Shown one piece after another: positions 9,034 to 18,108 of a DNA stretch of 38,081 nt. The DNA comes from Chloroflexota bacterium. GTDB taxonomy: Bacteria > Chloroflexota > Dehalococcoidia > DSTF01 > RBG-16-68-14. Position 1 is the stretch's first letter. The number at the start of each line of letters is the position of its first letter. The DNA lies in contig JACZYW010000003.1 in the NCBI GenBank assembly GCA_022570885.1, positions 1 through 38,081 of the forward strand, written 5' to 3'. Below the pieces are notes generated by a model. The model had not been told where the DNA came from. It searched no databases and was given only the letters and a program-made list of their open reading frames with translations. Both the position numbers and the translations under genes were made by a program.

Positions 9034-10639
9034 CGCAACCTTCGACGCGGTGATCATCGGCGCGGGACACAACGGGCTCTGCCTCGCGGCGTACTTGGCC
9101 AAGGCAGGCCTCTCCGTGGGCATCTTCGAACGCCGGCACGAGGACGGCGGCGGCGCCAACACGGAAGAGGCGACCGTCCCTGGGTTCCACCACAATCTCC
9201 ACGGCCAGTACATGGAGTTCATCGACTACATGCCCGTGTATCACGACTTCGAGCTTGAAAAGTTGGGCGCACGCATGATCTACCCGGAAGTGCAGCTCGG
9301 CATTACCTTCGCGGACGGCCGCCCACCCATCGTCATCTACCGGCCAGGCGCCGATCTCGACGAGAAGACCCGCAAGAGCATCGCCCACTACTCCAAGAAC
9401 GACGCTGATGTCTGGCTGGAGCTGAAACGCAAGGTCATGGAGCGTGACCGAACGATAGCCGCCACGCTCTACAGTCCGGCGGAAGCTGAGGACGATGAGC
9501 AAACGCCGGCGGCCATGATGAGCGCTGGGCTGTCCCTTTGGACAGACCTGGGCCTGGCGCCGAACGACATCGGCAAGGCGCCCAAGGTGCTTATCGACCG
9601 GCTCTTCGAATCGACGGAGATGCGTACCCTCCTCTACCGGCAATGCATCGAATGGGGTGCTAACGTGCACGCCGGAAACGGCTACGGATTCCTAATCTCC
9701 GTGCTCTGGCTGAGCGCCATCCACAAGATGTCGGTGGGCGGCACGCATACCCTGGCTCACGCCATGGCGAACGCCTGCATGAAGCAAGGCGTGTCCATTC
9801 GCTTTACCAAGCCGGTCGTGAAGATTGTGATGAAGAACGGGCGGGCGTCCGGCATCCAACTCAAGGACGGAACGGAGATCGAGGCAAGAAAGCTCGTCGC
9901 CTCCAACGTGGACCCAAGGCAGACGTTCGTCGATTTCATCGGCGAGGAGAACCTGACGTCCTTCCGGCGGGAGCGGCTGGCCCACTGGCGCTTCGGGCCG
10001 GAGCATGTGCTGGGCGTGCCATCGTTCGCGCTCCGCGAGGCGCCGAAGTACAAGTCGGCGAGGTGGAACCCGGACATCGACCGCTGCTTCTACACGCTGG
10101 TGGGCTTCGAGGATGAAGAGCAGATGTCAAACTACATTCTCCAGGCGTATGGCGGCGCGATACCGGATCGGCCGGGCGCCGGTACCTGGGTGAACTCTCT
10201 CTGGGACCCGACGCAGGCGCCGCCCGGTAAGCACGCGATGAACGGGTGGTTCTTCTTCCCGCGCGCCTCCTGTCTGTCGCCCGAGGAGTGGGACGAGGTG
10301 CGCGCCACATACAACGATCGCTTCCTCCAACTGTGGGGCGAATACGCGCCCAATATGACCCGCGAGAATGTGATCGCCGACCGGCTCTACACCGCATTCG
10401 ACATCGAGAAGAAGATCGGAATGCCAGAGGGAGACTTCTCCCACGGCCGCTCCGGCAGCGGCATGGGCGGCATCGTCGGCGGCTACCAGTACCGGACGGA
10501 GATCCCCGGCCTCTACCTCTGCGGCGCCTCGGCTGGCGGGGGCGGGATCAGCGCCGCACCCGGTTACAGCGCGTTCAAGGTGATCTGCAAGGATCTCAAG
10601 CTGCCCAAGGTCTGGCAGCAAGAGTATCGGGACTACTAA
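9026..10639 (+). CDS. FAD-dependent oxidoreductase, phytoene dehydrogenase-related (COG1233), paralog 2
   Basis: Same MADATFDAVIIGAGHNG start as paralog 1; GGTHTLAHAM; DPTQAPPGKH; YRTEIPGLYLCGAS. Confidence 0.88.
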   Translation: MADATFDAVIIGAGHNGLCLAAYLAKAGLSVGIFERRHEDGGGANTEEATVPGFHHNLHGQYMEFIDYMPVYHDFELEKLGARMIYPEVQLGITFADGRPPIVIYRPGADLDEKTRKSIAHYSKNDADVWLELKRKVMERDRTIAATLYSPAEAEDDEQTPAAMMSAGLSLWTDLGLAPNDIGKAPKVLIDRLFESTEMRTLLYRQCIEWGANVHAGNGYGFLISVLWLSAIHKMSVGGTHTLAHAMANACMKQGVSIRFTKPVVKIVMKNGRASGIQLKDGTEIEARKLVASNVDPRQTFVDFIGEENLTSFRRERLAHWRFGPEHVLGVPSFALREAPKYKSARWNPDIDRCFYTLVGFEDEEQMSNYILQAYGGAIPDRPGAGTWVNSLWDPTQAPPGKHAMNGWFFFPRASCLSPEEWDEVRATYNDRFLQLWGEYAPNMTRENVIADRLYTAFDIEKKIGMPEGDFSHGRSGSGMGGIVGGYQYRTEIPGLYLCGASAGGGGISAAPGYSAFKVICKDLKLPKVWQQEYRDY

Positions 10640-10649
10640 GGAGCACGTC

Positions 10650-11141
10650 ATGCCCGCCATCTACACAGGACCGTGGTACGACAGCATGAAGGACATCCTC
10701 AACAGCAGCGACGCCGTGACGAAGAACGCGCCACGTGGTGTCTGGCACATCTTGGCCGAGATCCGAGGTGATGGTGCGTCGCCGTACCTCTCGGAAGACG
10801 AGGTGAAGCGCTTCGCCATCGTCCTCAACGACGGCAAGTGCGAAAGCTACGCGGAGCTGACGGAGCCGCCTCCACGCAAGGACTTCCAGTTCATTCTCGA
10901 GCTACCTGCTGTCCTCTTCGAGCGAATCGTCGCCAACCAAGCTGACCCCGTGGAGGCTGGCCTGAAAGGCGCCATCAAGATCATCGGGGACATGCGGGTG
11001 ATGATCCAAAACGCGGAGCTGGTGAAGATCATCTCGGAGATCTACCAGCAGGAGGTCGAGACAGAGTGGCCGAAGGGCATGCCACCGTATCCGGCCTTAG
11101 CGACGGCTCAGGCCGGGGAGTCGATCGGGGGCAGCGCATGA
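10650..11141 (+). CDS. SCP2 sterol-binding-domain-like protein
   Basis: FERIVANQADPVEAGLKGAIKIIGDM matches the SCP2 C-terminal DPxxAxxxGxxKxxGD pattern; AAGGAG RBS. Confidence 0.7.
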   Translation: MPAIYTGPWYDSMKDILNSSDAVTKNAPRGVWHILAEIRGDGASPYLSEDEVKRFAIVLNDGKCESYAELTEPPPRKDFQFILELPAVLFERIVANQADPVEAGLKGAIKIIGDMRVMIQNAELVKIISEIYQQEVETEWPKGMPPYPALATAQAGESIGGSA

Positions 11142-13906
11142 CGTACGCAGGCCTACAGCTCCACGCCCTCGGCACGAAGGAAGCGGGAGAACGCGCTTCA
11201 TACGGTTCATGGCAGGACATCTACCGCGAGAAGTGGACCTGGGACCGGGTGGTGAAGGGAACCTGCAACCGGGCGGACTGCATCTCCGCCTGCTCGCTCA
11301 ACCTGTTCGTGAAAGACGGCATCGTCTGGCGGGAGGAGCAGAACCCGATCTTCGAGCAGACCAACGCCTCGGTCCCGGACTTTAACCCGCGCGGCTGCCA
11401 GAAGGGGATTTGCTACAGCGATCTGATGTACGACCCCTCTCGCATCAAGTACCCGCTGCGCCGCGTGGGCGAACGGGGCTCCGGCAAGTGGGAGCGCATT
11501 TCCTGGGACGAGGCGCTGACCGAGATCGCTGACAAGATCATCGATGTCTGTCTGGAAGACGGGCCGGAGAGCGTCGTCTACGACTTCGGCACGACGAACA
11601 TTGACTTTGGCCCGGGCACTCCGGCTGAGCAGCATCTCACCCGGCTCATAGGCACCACCACGCTGGACGAGTGGGCGGGCGTGGGCGACCTGCCCATGGG
11701 CGCCATCCAGACCTGGGGCCTCTTCAACGCTGACGGCACCTCCGACGACTGGTTCAACGCTGAGACGATCCTCGTTTGGTTGGGCAACCCCGTCTATACT
11801 CGCGTGCCGGACGTCCACTTCATGTGGGAGGCGCGCTACCACGGCACCAAGGTCGTCACCATCGCGCCGGACTACAACGCTACCGCCGTCCATTCCGATC
11901 TCTGGCTGAACCCGCGTGTCGGCACCGACGCCGCACTCGCCCTCGCCATGTGCCAGGTCATCGTAGAGGAAGGGCTGCTCAAGGAGCAGTACGTGCAGGA
12001 ACAGACAGACCTGCCGTTTCTGCTGCGCGAGGACACCCGCCGCTTCCTGCGCCAGTGCGATCTGGTCGAAGGCGGCAAAGAGGATGTCTTCTACGTCTGG
12101 GATCGGGCGTCGAACGAGCCGCGGGAGGCGCCGGGAACGGCCGGACAGGAGGAAGCGTTGATCGCCCTCGGCGATCTCGACCCGGCGCTCGAGGGTAAGT
12201 TCATCGTGAAGCTGGCCGATGGTCAACAGGTATCTGTGCGCCCTGTGTTTGCGCTCCTGCGGGAGCGGCTACGCGACTACACGCCAGAGCTGGCGGCGCA
12301 GATCACCGGCGTCAGCGCCAGCGTGATCCGTCGCCTGGCGCATCAGGTGGCCGAGAGCCGGGCGGTCATGGTCTTCTGCTCCTGGGGCTCCTGTAAGCAC
12401 TACCACATGGACCTCGTCCAGCGCTCGATTATCCTGCTGCTGGCGCTGACAGGCAACACCGGCAAGCGAGGCGCCGGCATGCGTATCGGCGCGTGGTGGA
12501 ACATGTCGCTCAGCTACGACCGCTCCATCGGCTCCCTGGCTGGGGGCGGCGAGCGGGCCAAGGTCCGGGACCTTGAGAAGATGATGAAGGCGCTGATGCG
12601 CGCCAATAGCTCTATGACGCCAGTAATGGTCTGGCTCTACGCGCATGACGAGGGGTATGCCAAGCTCGTCGATACGCCGGCCTACCACGATCCCGACCTC
12701 CCCCGCCCCATAAGCGAGTACATGCGCGAGGCGTTGGACAAGAACTGGATGCCGCTCTATCCGAAGGAAGGCAAAACGCCCCGAGTCTTCCTGTACACCG
12801 GCATGAACCCGCTCCGCCGCTGGCCCGCGCCGGACGTCATCCGCGAGAATCTCTGGGCGAAGCTGGAGCTGATCGTCACCTGGGAGTTCCGTATGTCCAG
12901 CTCGGCTATGTTCTCGGACATCATCCTGCCGGCAGCCGGCTGGCACGAGAAGTCCGGCGTGAAATTCTGCCAGAGCTATGTGCCGTACATCTGCGTGGGC
13001 GAGAAAGCGGTGGAGCCGCTCTACGAGTCGAAGAACGAGTTCGACATTATGGCCAACCTGGCAGCCACGCTCCAGAGGCGCGCGCAGGAGCGGGAGGAAG
13101 GCGTGTATACCGACGCCTTCGGAAACGAGCATGACCTGCGTGAGATCGCTCGCCTCTGGAGCTATGACGGCGAGTTCGGCGAGGGCGATGCGGAGAAGGC
13201 GTTGGAAGTCGCATTCGAGCTCTCGGAGCCGGTCGGCGACGCCTCATGGGCGGATGCGGCGCGCGCCGGCGCGGTACGGGTCAAAAGCACCGGCGGCTAC
13301 GGCCCTATCACTGCCATCACCAGCGATATGCGTGAAGACGAGACCGTCTACCCCTTCGCCTGGTTCGTCGAGGAGAAGGAGCCGTGGCCCACGCTCACCG
13401 GCCGCCAGCAGTTCTACATCGACCACCCGTGGTTCCTAGAGGTAGGCGAGGAGTTGCCGCTGCACAAGGAGCCGCCCCCTGCCGGTGGCAACTACCCGCT
13501 GCGGATGACCGGCGGGCACACCCGTTGGAGCATCCACTCCATCTGGCGCGCCAACCGCACGCTCCTCCGTCTTCAGCGCGGTGAGCCGGTGATGTACGTC
13601 AGCCCGCAGGACGCCGAAGCGCGCGGTCTCAAAGATCATGATCTGGCCCGGGTCCGGAATGATGTGGGCGGGTTCAAGGTTCGCGTCAAGCTGGCGGCTA
13701 GCATTCAGCCTGGGCAGGTGGTGATGTACCACGCCTGGGAGCCGTACCAGTTCGAAGACTGGATAGGCCAGCAAGCGGTCAACGCTTCGCCGTTGAAGCC
13801 GCTTCACCTGGTGGGCGATTATGTCCAGCTCCAGTACCGCTTCGCCCTGGCCCAGCCCAGCCACATCTCACGGGCGATGACGGTGGAGCTAGAGAAGGCA
13901 GACTGA
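11138..13906 (+). CDS. DMSO reductase family type II molybdoenzyme alpha subunit 1 (EbdA/S25dA-like); no Tat signal
   Basis: WQDIYREKWTWD; FS0 GTCNRADCISAC...PRGCQKG; Mo-ligand region WAGVGDLP; TLTGRQQFYIDH; GHTRWSIHS; ATGA coupling to the upstream gene. Confidence 0.93.
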   Translation: MTYAGLQLHALGTKEAGERASYGSWQDIYREKWTWDRVVKGTCNRADCISACSLNLFVKDGIVWREEQNPIFEQTNASVPDFNPRGCQKGICYSDLMYDPSRIKYPLRRVGERGSGKWERISWDEALTEIADKIIDVCLEDGPESVVYDFGTTNIDFGPGTPAEQHLTRLIGTTTLDEWAGVGDLPMGAIQTWGLFNADGTSDDWFNAETILVWLGNPVYTRVPDVHFMWEARYHGTKVVTIAPDYNATAVHSDLWLNPRVGTDAALALAMCQVIVEEGLLKEQYVQEQTDLPFLLREDTRRFLRQCDLVEGGKEDVFYVWDRASNEPREAPGTAGQEEALIALGDLDPALEGKFIVKLADGQQVSVRPVFALLRERLRDYTPELAAQITGVSASVIRRLAHQVAESRAVMVFCSWGSCKHYHMDLVQRSIILLLALTGNTGKRGAGMRIGAWWNMSLSYDRSIGSLAGGGERAKVRDLEKMMKALMRANSSMTPVMVWLYAHDEGYAKLVDTPAYHDPDLPRPISEYMREALDKNWMPLYPKEGKTPRVFLYTGMNPLRRWPAPDVIRENLWAKLELIVTWEFRMSSSAMFSDIILPAAGWHEKSGVKFCQSYVPYICVGEKAVEPLYESKNEFDIMANLAATLQRRAQEREEGVYTDAFGNEHDLREIARLWSYDGEFGEGDAEKALEVAFELSEPVGDASWADAARAGAVRVKSTGGYGPITAITSDMREDETVYPFAWFVEEKEPWPTLTGRQQFYIDHPWFLEVGEELPLHKEPPPAGGNYPLRMTGGHTRWSIHSIWRANRTLLRLQRGEPVMYVSPQDAEARGLKDHDLARVRNDVGGFKVRVKLAASIQPGQVVMYHAWEPYQFEDWIGQQAVNASPLKPLHLVGDYVQLQYRFALAQPSHISRAMTVELEKAD

Positions 13907-13922
13907 GGAAAGGAGCGAAGCC

Positions 13923-14573
13923 ATGCTCGTAAAACGCGTCGAGGTGAACCGTGAGGACCTGTTGGATCCAACCAATGAGGCGTGGCGGCGGACCCGGGGA
14001 AGCAAGACGGTACTTTCGCCAATACCGTTGGCGATGCAGCCCGCGGAGTATGTGCGCGTCTCCTGGGAAGACCGCCCCTATGGCGTGGTGACCAGCATGA
14101 GAGTGACCGCCTTTCACAATGGTCAGGAGATCTTCTTTCGCCTTGTGTGGGACGACGCCACTGTGGACAAGCAGATCGCGGACATCGATCAGTTTGTGGA
14201 TGCCGCGGCCGTGCTATTCCCTGTGGTGCCCGATGCGCCCCTCATCGGCATGGGGGCCGAAGGCAAGCCCGTCAACGCCTGGCTCTGGCGCGCTGACTGG
14301 GAGCAACCGAAGAACGTGGTGGCGGAAGGGATGGGCACAACCAAACGTCGAGAGGATCCTGCCCTCGTCTCGAAAGCCAAGCACCAGCGTGGGCGTTGGG
14401 TGGTGGTCATCTCGCGTTCGTTGAACGGAAAGGACTCGCCGGCTGGAACGGTGAGATTGGAACCGGGCGCCACATCCAAGGTCGCGTTCGCCATCTGGCA
14501 GGGCTCCAACCAAGAGCGAGCTGGCATCAAGGCCTTCTCGCCGGCCTGGCAGGAGCTGGAGATCGAAGCGTAG
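13923..14573 (+). CDS. type II DMSO reductase heme b (gamma) subunit, EbdC-like
   Basis: IFFRLVWDD, FVDAAAVLFP, LIGMG (Met ligand), VNAWLWRA, AFAIWQGSNQERAGIK (Lys ligand). Confidence 0.9.
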   Translation: MLVKRVEVNREDLLDPTNEAWRRTRGSKTVLSPIPLAMQPAEYVRVSWEDRPYGVVTSMRVTAFHNGQEIFFRLVWDDATVDKQIADIDQFVDAAAVLFPVVPDAPLIGMGAEGKPVNAWLWRADWEQPKNVVAEGMGTTKRREDPALVSKAKHQRGRWVVVISRSLNGKDSPAGTVRLEPGATSKVAFAIWQGSNQERAGIKAFSPAWQELEIEA

Positions 14574-14590
14574 CAGAAAGCAGGGCTCTC

Positions 14591-15661
14591 ATGCCTGAGC
14601 AACAGATCGAGCGGCAATTAGCCTTCGTCTTTGACCTCAATAAATGTCTCGGCTGCCAGACGTGCACCATCTCGTGCAAGACGCTCTGGACCGACCAGCC
14701 CGGCATGGAGTATATGTGGTGGAACATCGTCAACACCATGCCTGGCCGGGGCACGCCGCGCGACCGCGACCAGTCCGGCGGCGGGTTCGACGCGCAGGGC
14801 AAAGCGCAAGCCGGCATCTTGCCGAGCGCGCGTGACTTCGGCGAGGCGTGGGAGTTCAACTACGACGAGGTATTCTACGGAGGGAAAGGCCAGTCCGCCT
14901 ACCTCCATCCCCGCCGTCCGGGCAGCAACGGCGATAGCGCGGACGAGGCGCCGGACTGGGGCCCCAATTGGGACGAGGACCAAGGCGCCGGGGAATACCC
15001 CAACAGCTACTACTTCTACCTACCCACCATCTGCATGCACTGCACCAACCCCGCCTGCATGGAGGCCTGTCCTCGCGAGGCGATCTTCAAACGCCAGGAA
15101 GACGGGATCGTCCTCATCGACGAGGAACGATGCTCCGGCTACCGCTTCTGCATGGAGGCCTGTCCTTACAAGCGGATCTACTTCAACCCTAAGCGGTTCA
15201 TCTCGCAGAAGTGCGTGATGTGCTTCGCCCGGCTGGAGCAGGGCGTGGCGCCCGCTTGCGTCCGCCAGTGCCCGGGGCGGGTCCGCCACTTCGGCTACCT
15301 GGACGACCAGGAGAGCGACGTCTACAAGCTAGTGAAGACGTGGAAGGTGGCGATACCCCTCCATCCCGAGTTCGGCACCCAACCCAACGTCTACTACGTG
15401 CCACCGCTCGCTCCGCCTCGTTTCGACGAGAACGGCGATATCGACGAGGAGAATCCGCGCATCCCCATGGAGTACCTCCGTTCGCTCTTCGGCCCCGAGG
15501 TGGATGGGGCGCTGGCCGTACTCAAACAGGAGATGGAGAAGACGCGCAGCGGCGAGCGATCAGAGCTGATGGACCTGCTCATTGCCTACCGCTGGCAGGA
15601 CATGTTCACGCCCTTTGTCGAAGACCCGGGCAAGCTGGATCGGTCACAGGTACGATCGTGA
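14591..15661 (+). CDS. type II DMSO reductase Fe-S (beta) subunit 1, EbdB/NarH-like
   Basis: FDLNKCLGCQTCTISC, CMHCTNPACMEACP, CSGYRFCMEACPY, CVMC...ACVRQCP; WGPNWDED. Confidence 0.94.
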   Translation: MPEQQIERQLAFVFDLNKCLGCQTCTISCKTLWTDQPGMEYMWWNIVNTMPGRGTPRDRDQSGGGFDAQGKAQAGILPSARDFGEAWEFNYDEVFYGGKGQSAYLHPRRPGSNGDSADEAPDWGPNWDEDQGAGEYPNSYYFYLPTICMHCTNPACMEACPREAIFKRQEDGIVLIDEERCSGYRFCMEACPYKRIYFNPKRFISQKCVMCFARLEQGVAPACVRQCPGRVRHFGYLDDQESDVYKLVKTWKVAIPLHPEFGTQPNVYYVPPLAPPRFDENGDIDEENPRIPMEYLRSLFGPEVDGALAVLKQEMEKTRSGERSELMDLLIAYRWQDMFTPFVEDPGKLDRSQVRS

Positions 15662-16338
15662 TGCAGATCGATGCTCTGACGACGCCAGAGGAAGAGACGG
15701 CCGCCGCCCGCAGCAGCCTCTACCGGCTTCTGGCCGATGGCTTCGTCTATCCAGATAAGGCCTGCTTCGCCGCCATCAAGGCGGGCCGCTATCGAGATGA
15801 CGCGCAGGGAATCTGTGACGCTCTTCCCTATGATCTGGAGCCCGCCTACGATGGCCTCGTCGCTTCCGGCACCTACATGGACTTTCAGGCCGAGTACCTG
15901 CGGTTGTTCGAGCTTGGCACAGGCATGCCGCCGTGCCCCCTCTTCAGCGGCCTGTTTCAGGGTGGCCGCAAGGCAGTGATGGAGGAGCTCACCCGCTTCT
16001 ACCACTTCTTCGGCCTCTCGATCGAGCAGGGCAGCGGCGAGCTGCCGGACCACATCACGACCGAGCTTGAGTTCATGCACTTTCTTACGTTCAAGGAGCT
16101 GATGGCGCTACGGCAGGGCGAGGACGCGGTTCCCTGCCGCCGGGCGCAGGCGGACTTCCTGGAACGGCAGCTCGTATCGTGGCTGCCGGCGCTGGAGGAG
16201 CGACTGCAGAAGCTGGAGCCGCCGACGTTCTACGTTGCGTTGGTCTGGCTGACGAGCGCCGTTACCCGGGCCGAACTCGATTCGCTCCGCCAGACACTGG
16301 AACGAACCGCCACGATCCCCCTGGAGGTACGGGCATGA
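15661..16338 (+). CDS. TorD/DmsD-family chaperone (delta subunit, EbdD-like)
   Basis: EYLRLF, ELTRFYHFFGL, ELPDHITTELEFMHFL, QADFLERQLVSW; stop/start overlap with the beta gene. Confidence 0.9.
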   Translation: MQIDALTTPEEETAAARSSLYRLLADGFVYPDKACFAAIKAGRYRDDAQGICDALPYDLEPAYDGLVASGTYMDFQAEYLRLFELGTGMPPCPLFSGLFQGGRKAVMEELTRFYHFFGLSIEQGSGELPDHITTELEFMHFLTFKELMALRQGEDAVPCRRAQADFLERQLVSWLPALEERLQKLEPPTFYVALVWLTSAVTRAELDSLRQTLERTATIPLEVRA

Positions 16339-17450
16339 CCGCTGCCATCTGCATCGTAGGAAGCAAGAACGCCGGAAAGACGTCGCTTATCGAGCGATTG
16401 TTGCCGGAGTTGATAGCCCGCGGCCGCCGGGTAGCCACCATCAAGCACGATGCCCATGACTTCGAGATCGACCTGCCCGGAAAGGACACATGGCGTCACC
16501 GCCAGGCTGGAAGTGGCACGACGATCATCGCCTCTTCTACCAAAGTCGCCATGGTGCGGCTGACGGAACGAGAGGCACCACTGGAGGAGCTGCTTCGTCT
16601 GGTGGACCGCTCCTACGACTTGGTGCTCGTCGAAGGTCTACGCCGTAGTCCGCTGCCGAAGATCCTCGTCCACCGATCGGAACTGGGGCTCGAGCCGCCC
16701 CATGTGCTCGGCGAGGTATGGGCCGTCGTCTCGAACGGCAAGACTGACGTCGCGCCAGCAGCGCCGCGGTTCCGGCCGGACGAGGTAGCTGCCCTGGCCG
16801 ACCTGATCGAGCAGCGGCTGCTGGGCGGGCCGTCGCAGACGCCGGCCTGGAATCTCCCGGCGCTGCTGGCGGAGGCTGGCCGGATGCACGGCCACCTCTG
16901 TCCGGGACAGGTGCTCGGCGTGCGCATGGCGATCCTGGGCTGCGAACGTCTCGGCATCTTCGACCCGAAGTTGTCGAAGCGGCTGATCGCGTTCGTCGAA
17001 ACTGACCGGTGCGGCGCTGACGCCGTCCAGACGGTCACCGGCTGCACACTGGGCAAGCGCACGCTGAAGTTCGTCGATTATGGCAAGCTGGCAGCGACCT
17101 TCCTCGATACCGAAACTGGCCGGGCGGTGCGGGTCGCTGCCCGCGAGAGCGCGCGGGGGGCGTCGGAAAGGTTCGCTCCAGAGGAGTTGGACCCGCATCA
17201 GGCGCAGCTTCGCGCCTACAAAGCCCTGCCCGACGACGAGCTGTTCGCCGTCGAAGAGGTGCGCGTCGCCCTCAGCGAGGCCGACTTGCCCGGGCGGCCA
17301 CGCCATCGCGTGGTGTGTGACTCATGTGGCGAAGAGGTGAACGACGGCCGCGACGTATCGGAGGGCGGCCGGACGCACTGCCGCGCCTGCGCAACCGGCG
17401 CATACTACGCGCCGGTCGGAGAGGCGCAACGAAAGCAGGTGCGGGCATGA
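16335..17450 (+). CDS. mobB: MobB (MGD biosynthesis adaptor) fused to an FmdE/FwdE domain and zinc finger
   Basis: MobB: GSKNAGKT, KHDAHDFEIDLPGKDTWRH, DLVLVEG. FmdE: HGHLCPGQVLG, ETDRCGADA, TGCTLGK. C-terminal CDSC...CRAC. Confidence 0.88.
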   Translation: MTAAICIVGSKNAGKTSLIERLLPELIARGRRVATIKHDAHDFEIDLPGKDTWRHRQAGSGTTIIASSTKVAMVRLTEREAPLEELLRLVDRSYDLVLVEGLRRSPLPKILVHRSELGLEPPHVLGEVWAVVSNGKTDVAPAAPRFRPDEVAALADLIEQRLLGGPSQTPAWNLPALLAEAGRMHGHLCPGQVLGVRMAILGCERLGIFDPKLSKRLIAFVETDRCGADAVQTVTGCTLGKRTLKFVDYGKLAATFLDTETGRAVRVAARESARGASERFAPEELDPHQAQLRAYKALPDDELFAVEEVRVALSEADLPGRPRHRVVCDSCGEEVNDGRDVSEGGRTHCRACATGAYYAPVGEAQRKQVRA

Positions 17451-18106
17451 CAGGCGAAGTGATGGGCGCGGTGCTGGCCGGAGGCCGCGGCCGTCGCATC
17501 GGCGGTGACAAGCCGTCGCTGGAGGTGGGCGGGCAAACGATGGTGCGCCACGCCGTCGATGCTCTGCGTCTGGCAAGGCTAGATGTCACCTTGGTGCTGC
17601 GCGCTCATCAGCCGGTGCCACTCACTGCCCATACGTTTGCTGTCGTCCGAGACGAGGTGGAGAACGCCGGCCCCTTGGGCGGCCTACATGCCCTTCTGCG
17701 CTGGCTGCCGATGGAGTGGACGTTGGTCGTACCATGCGATCAGCCTTTCCTGACGCCGGATCTACTGCGCGGGCTGCTGGTGCAACCGAGGGGAGGCGTC
17801 GACGCCATCGTGGGGCGGCCAGCCAACCTGCCTGAGCCGCTGCCCGGCCTCTACCGCCACACTTGCCTTGGCGCTATCGAAGAGGCGCTAACCCAAGGCG
17901 AGCGCAGCCTCCGGGAGCTCCTCACCAAGCTCCGGCTAAGCGAAGTCCCTAAGACGACGCTCTGCCGGTGGGACCCCCGGCTCCTCTCGTATCTGAACGT
18001 TAACACCCCGGCCGACCTAGAGCGGGCGCGCGCCCTCGCCACGCCGGTCGCGCCGGTTAATAGCGAACACCGCGAGCTTCAAGAGGCCATGAACCATCGG
18101 AGGTGA
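17447..18106 (+). CDS. mobA: molybdenum cofactor guanylyltransferase
   Basis: LAGGRGRRIGGDK, GPLGGL, PCDQPF, EPLPGLY, NVNTPADL; ATGA coupling. Confidence 0.9.
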   Translation: MTGEVMGAVLAGGRGRRIGGDKPSLEVGGQTMVRHAVDALRLARLDVTLVLRAHQPVPLTAHTFAVVRDEVENAGPLGGLHALLRWLPMEWTLVVPCDQPFLTPDLLRGLLVQPRGGVDAIVGRPANLPEPLPGLYRHTCLGAIEEALTQGERSLRELLTKLRLSEVPKTTLCRWDPRLLSYLNVNTPADLERARALATPVAPVNSEHRELQEAMNHRR

Positions 18107-18108
18107 GC

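Noticed and set aside
6920-10639. Carotenoid biosynthesis (crtI/crtO)
   Set aside because: Only family-level similarity; no crtB, crtE or cyclase genes in the window
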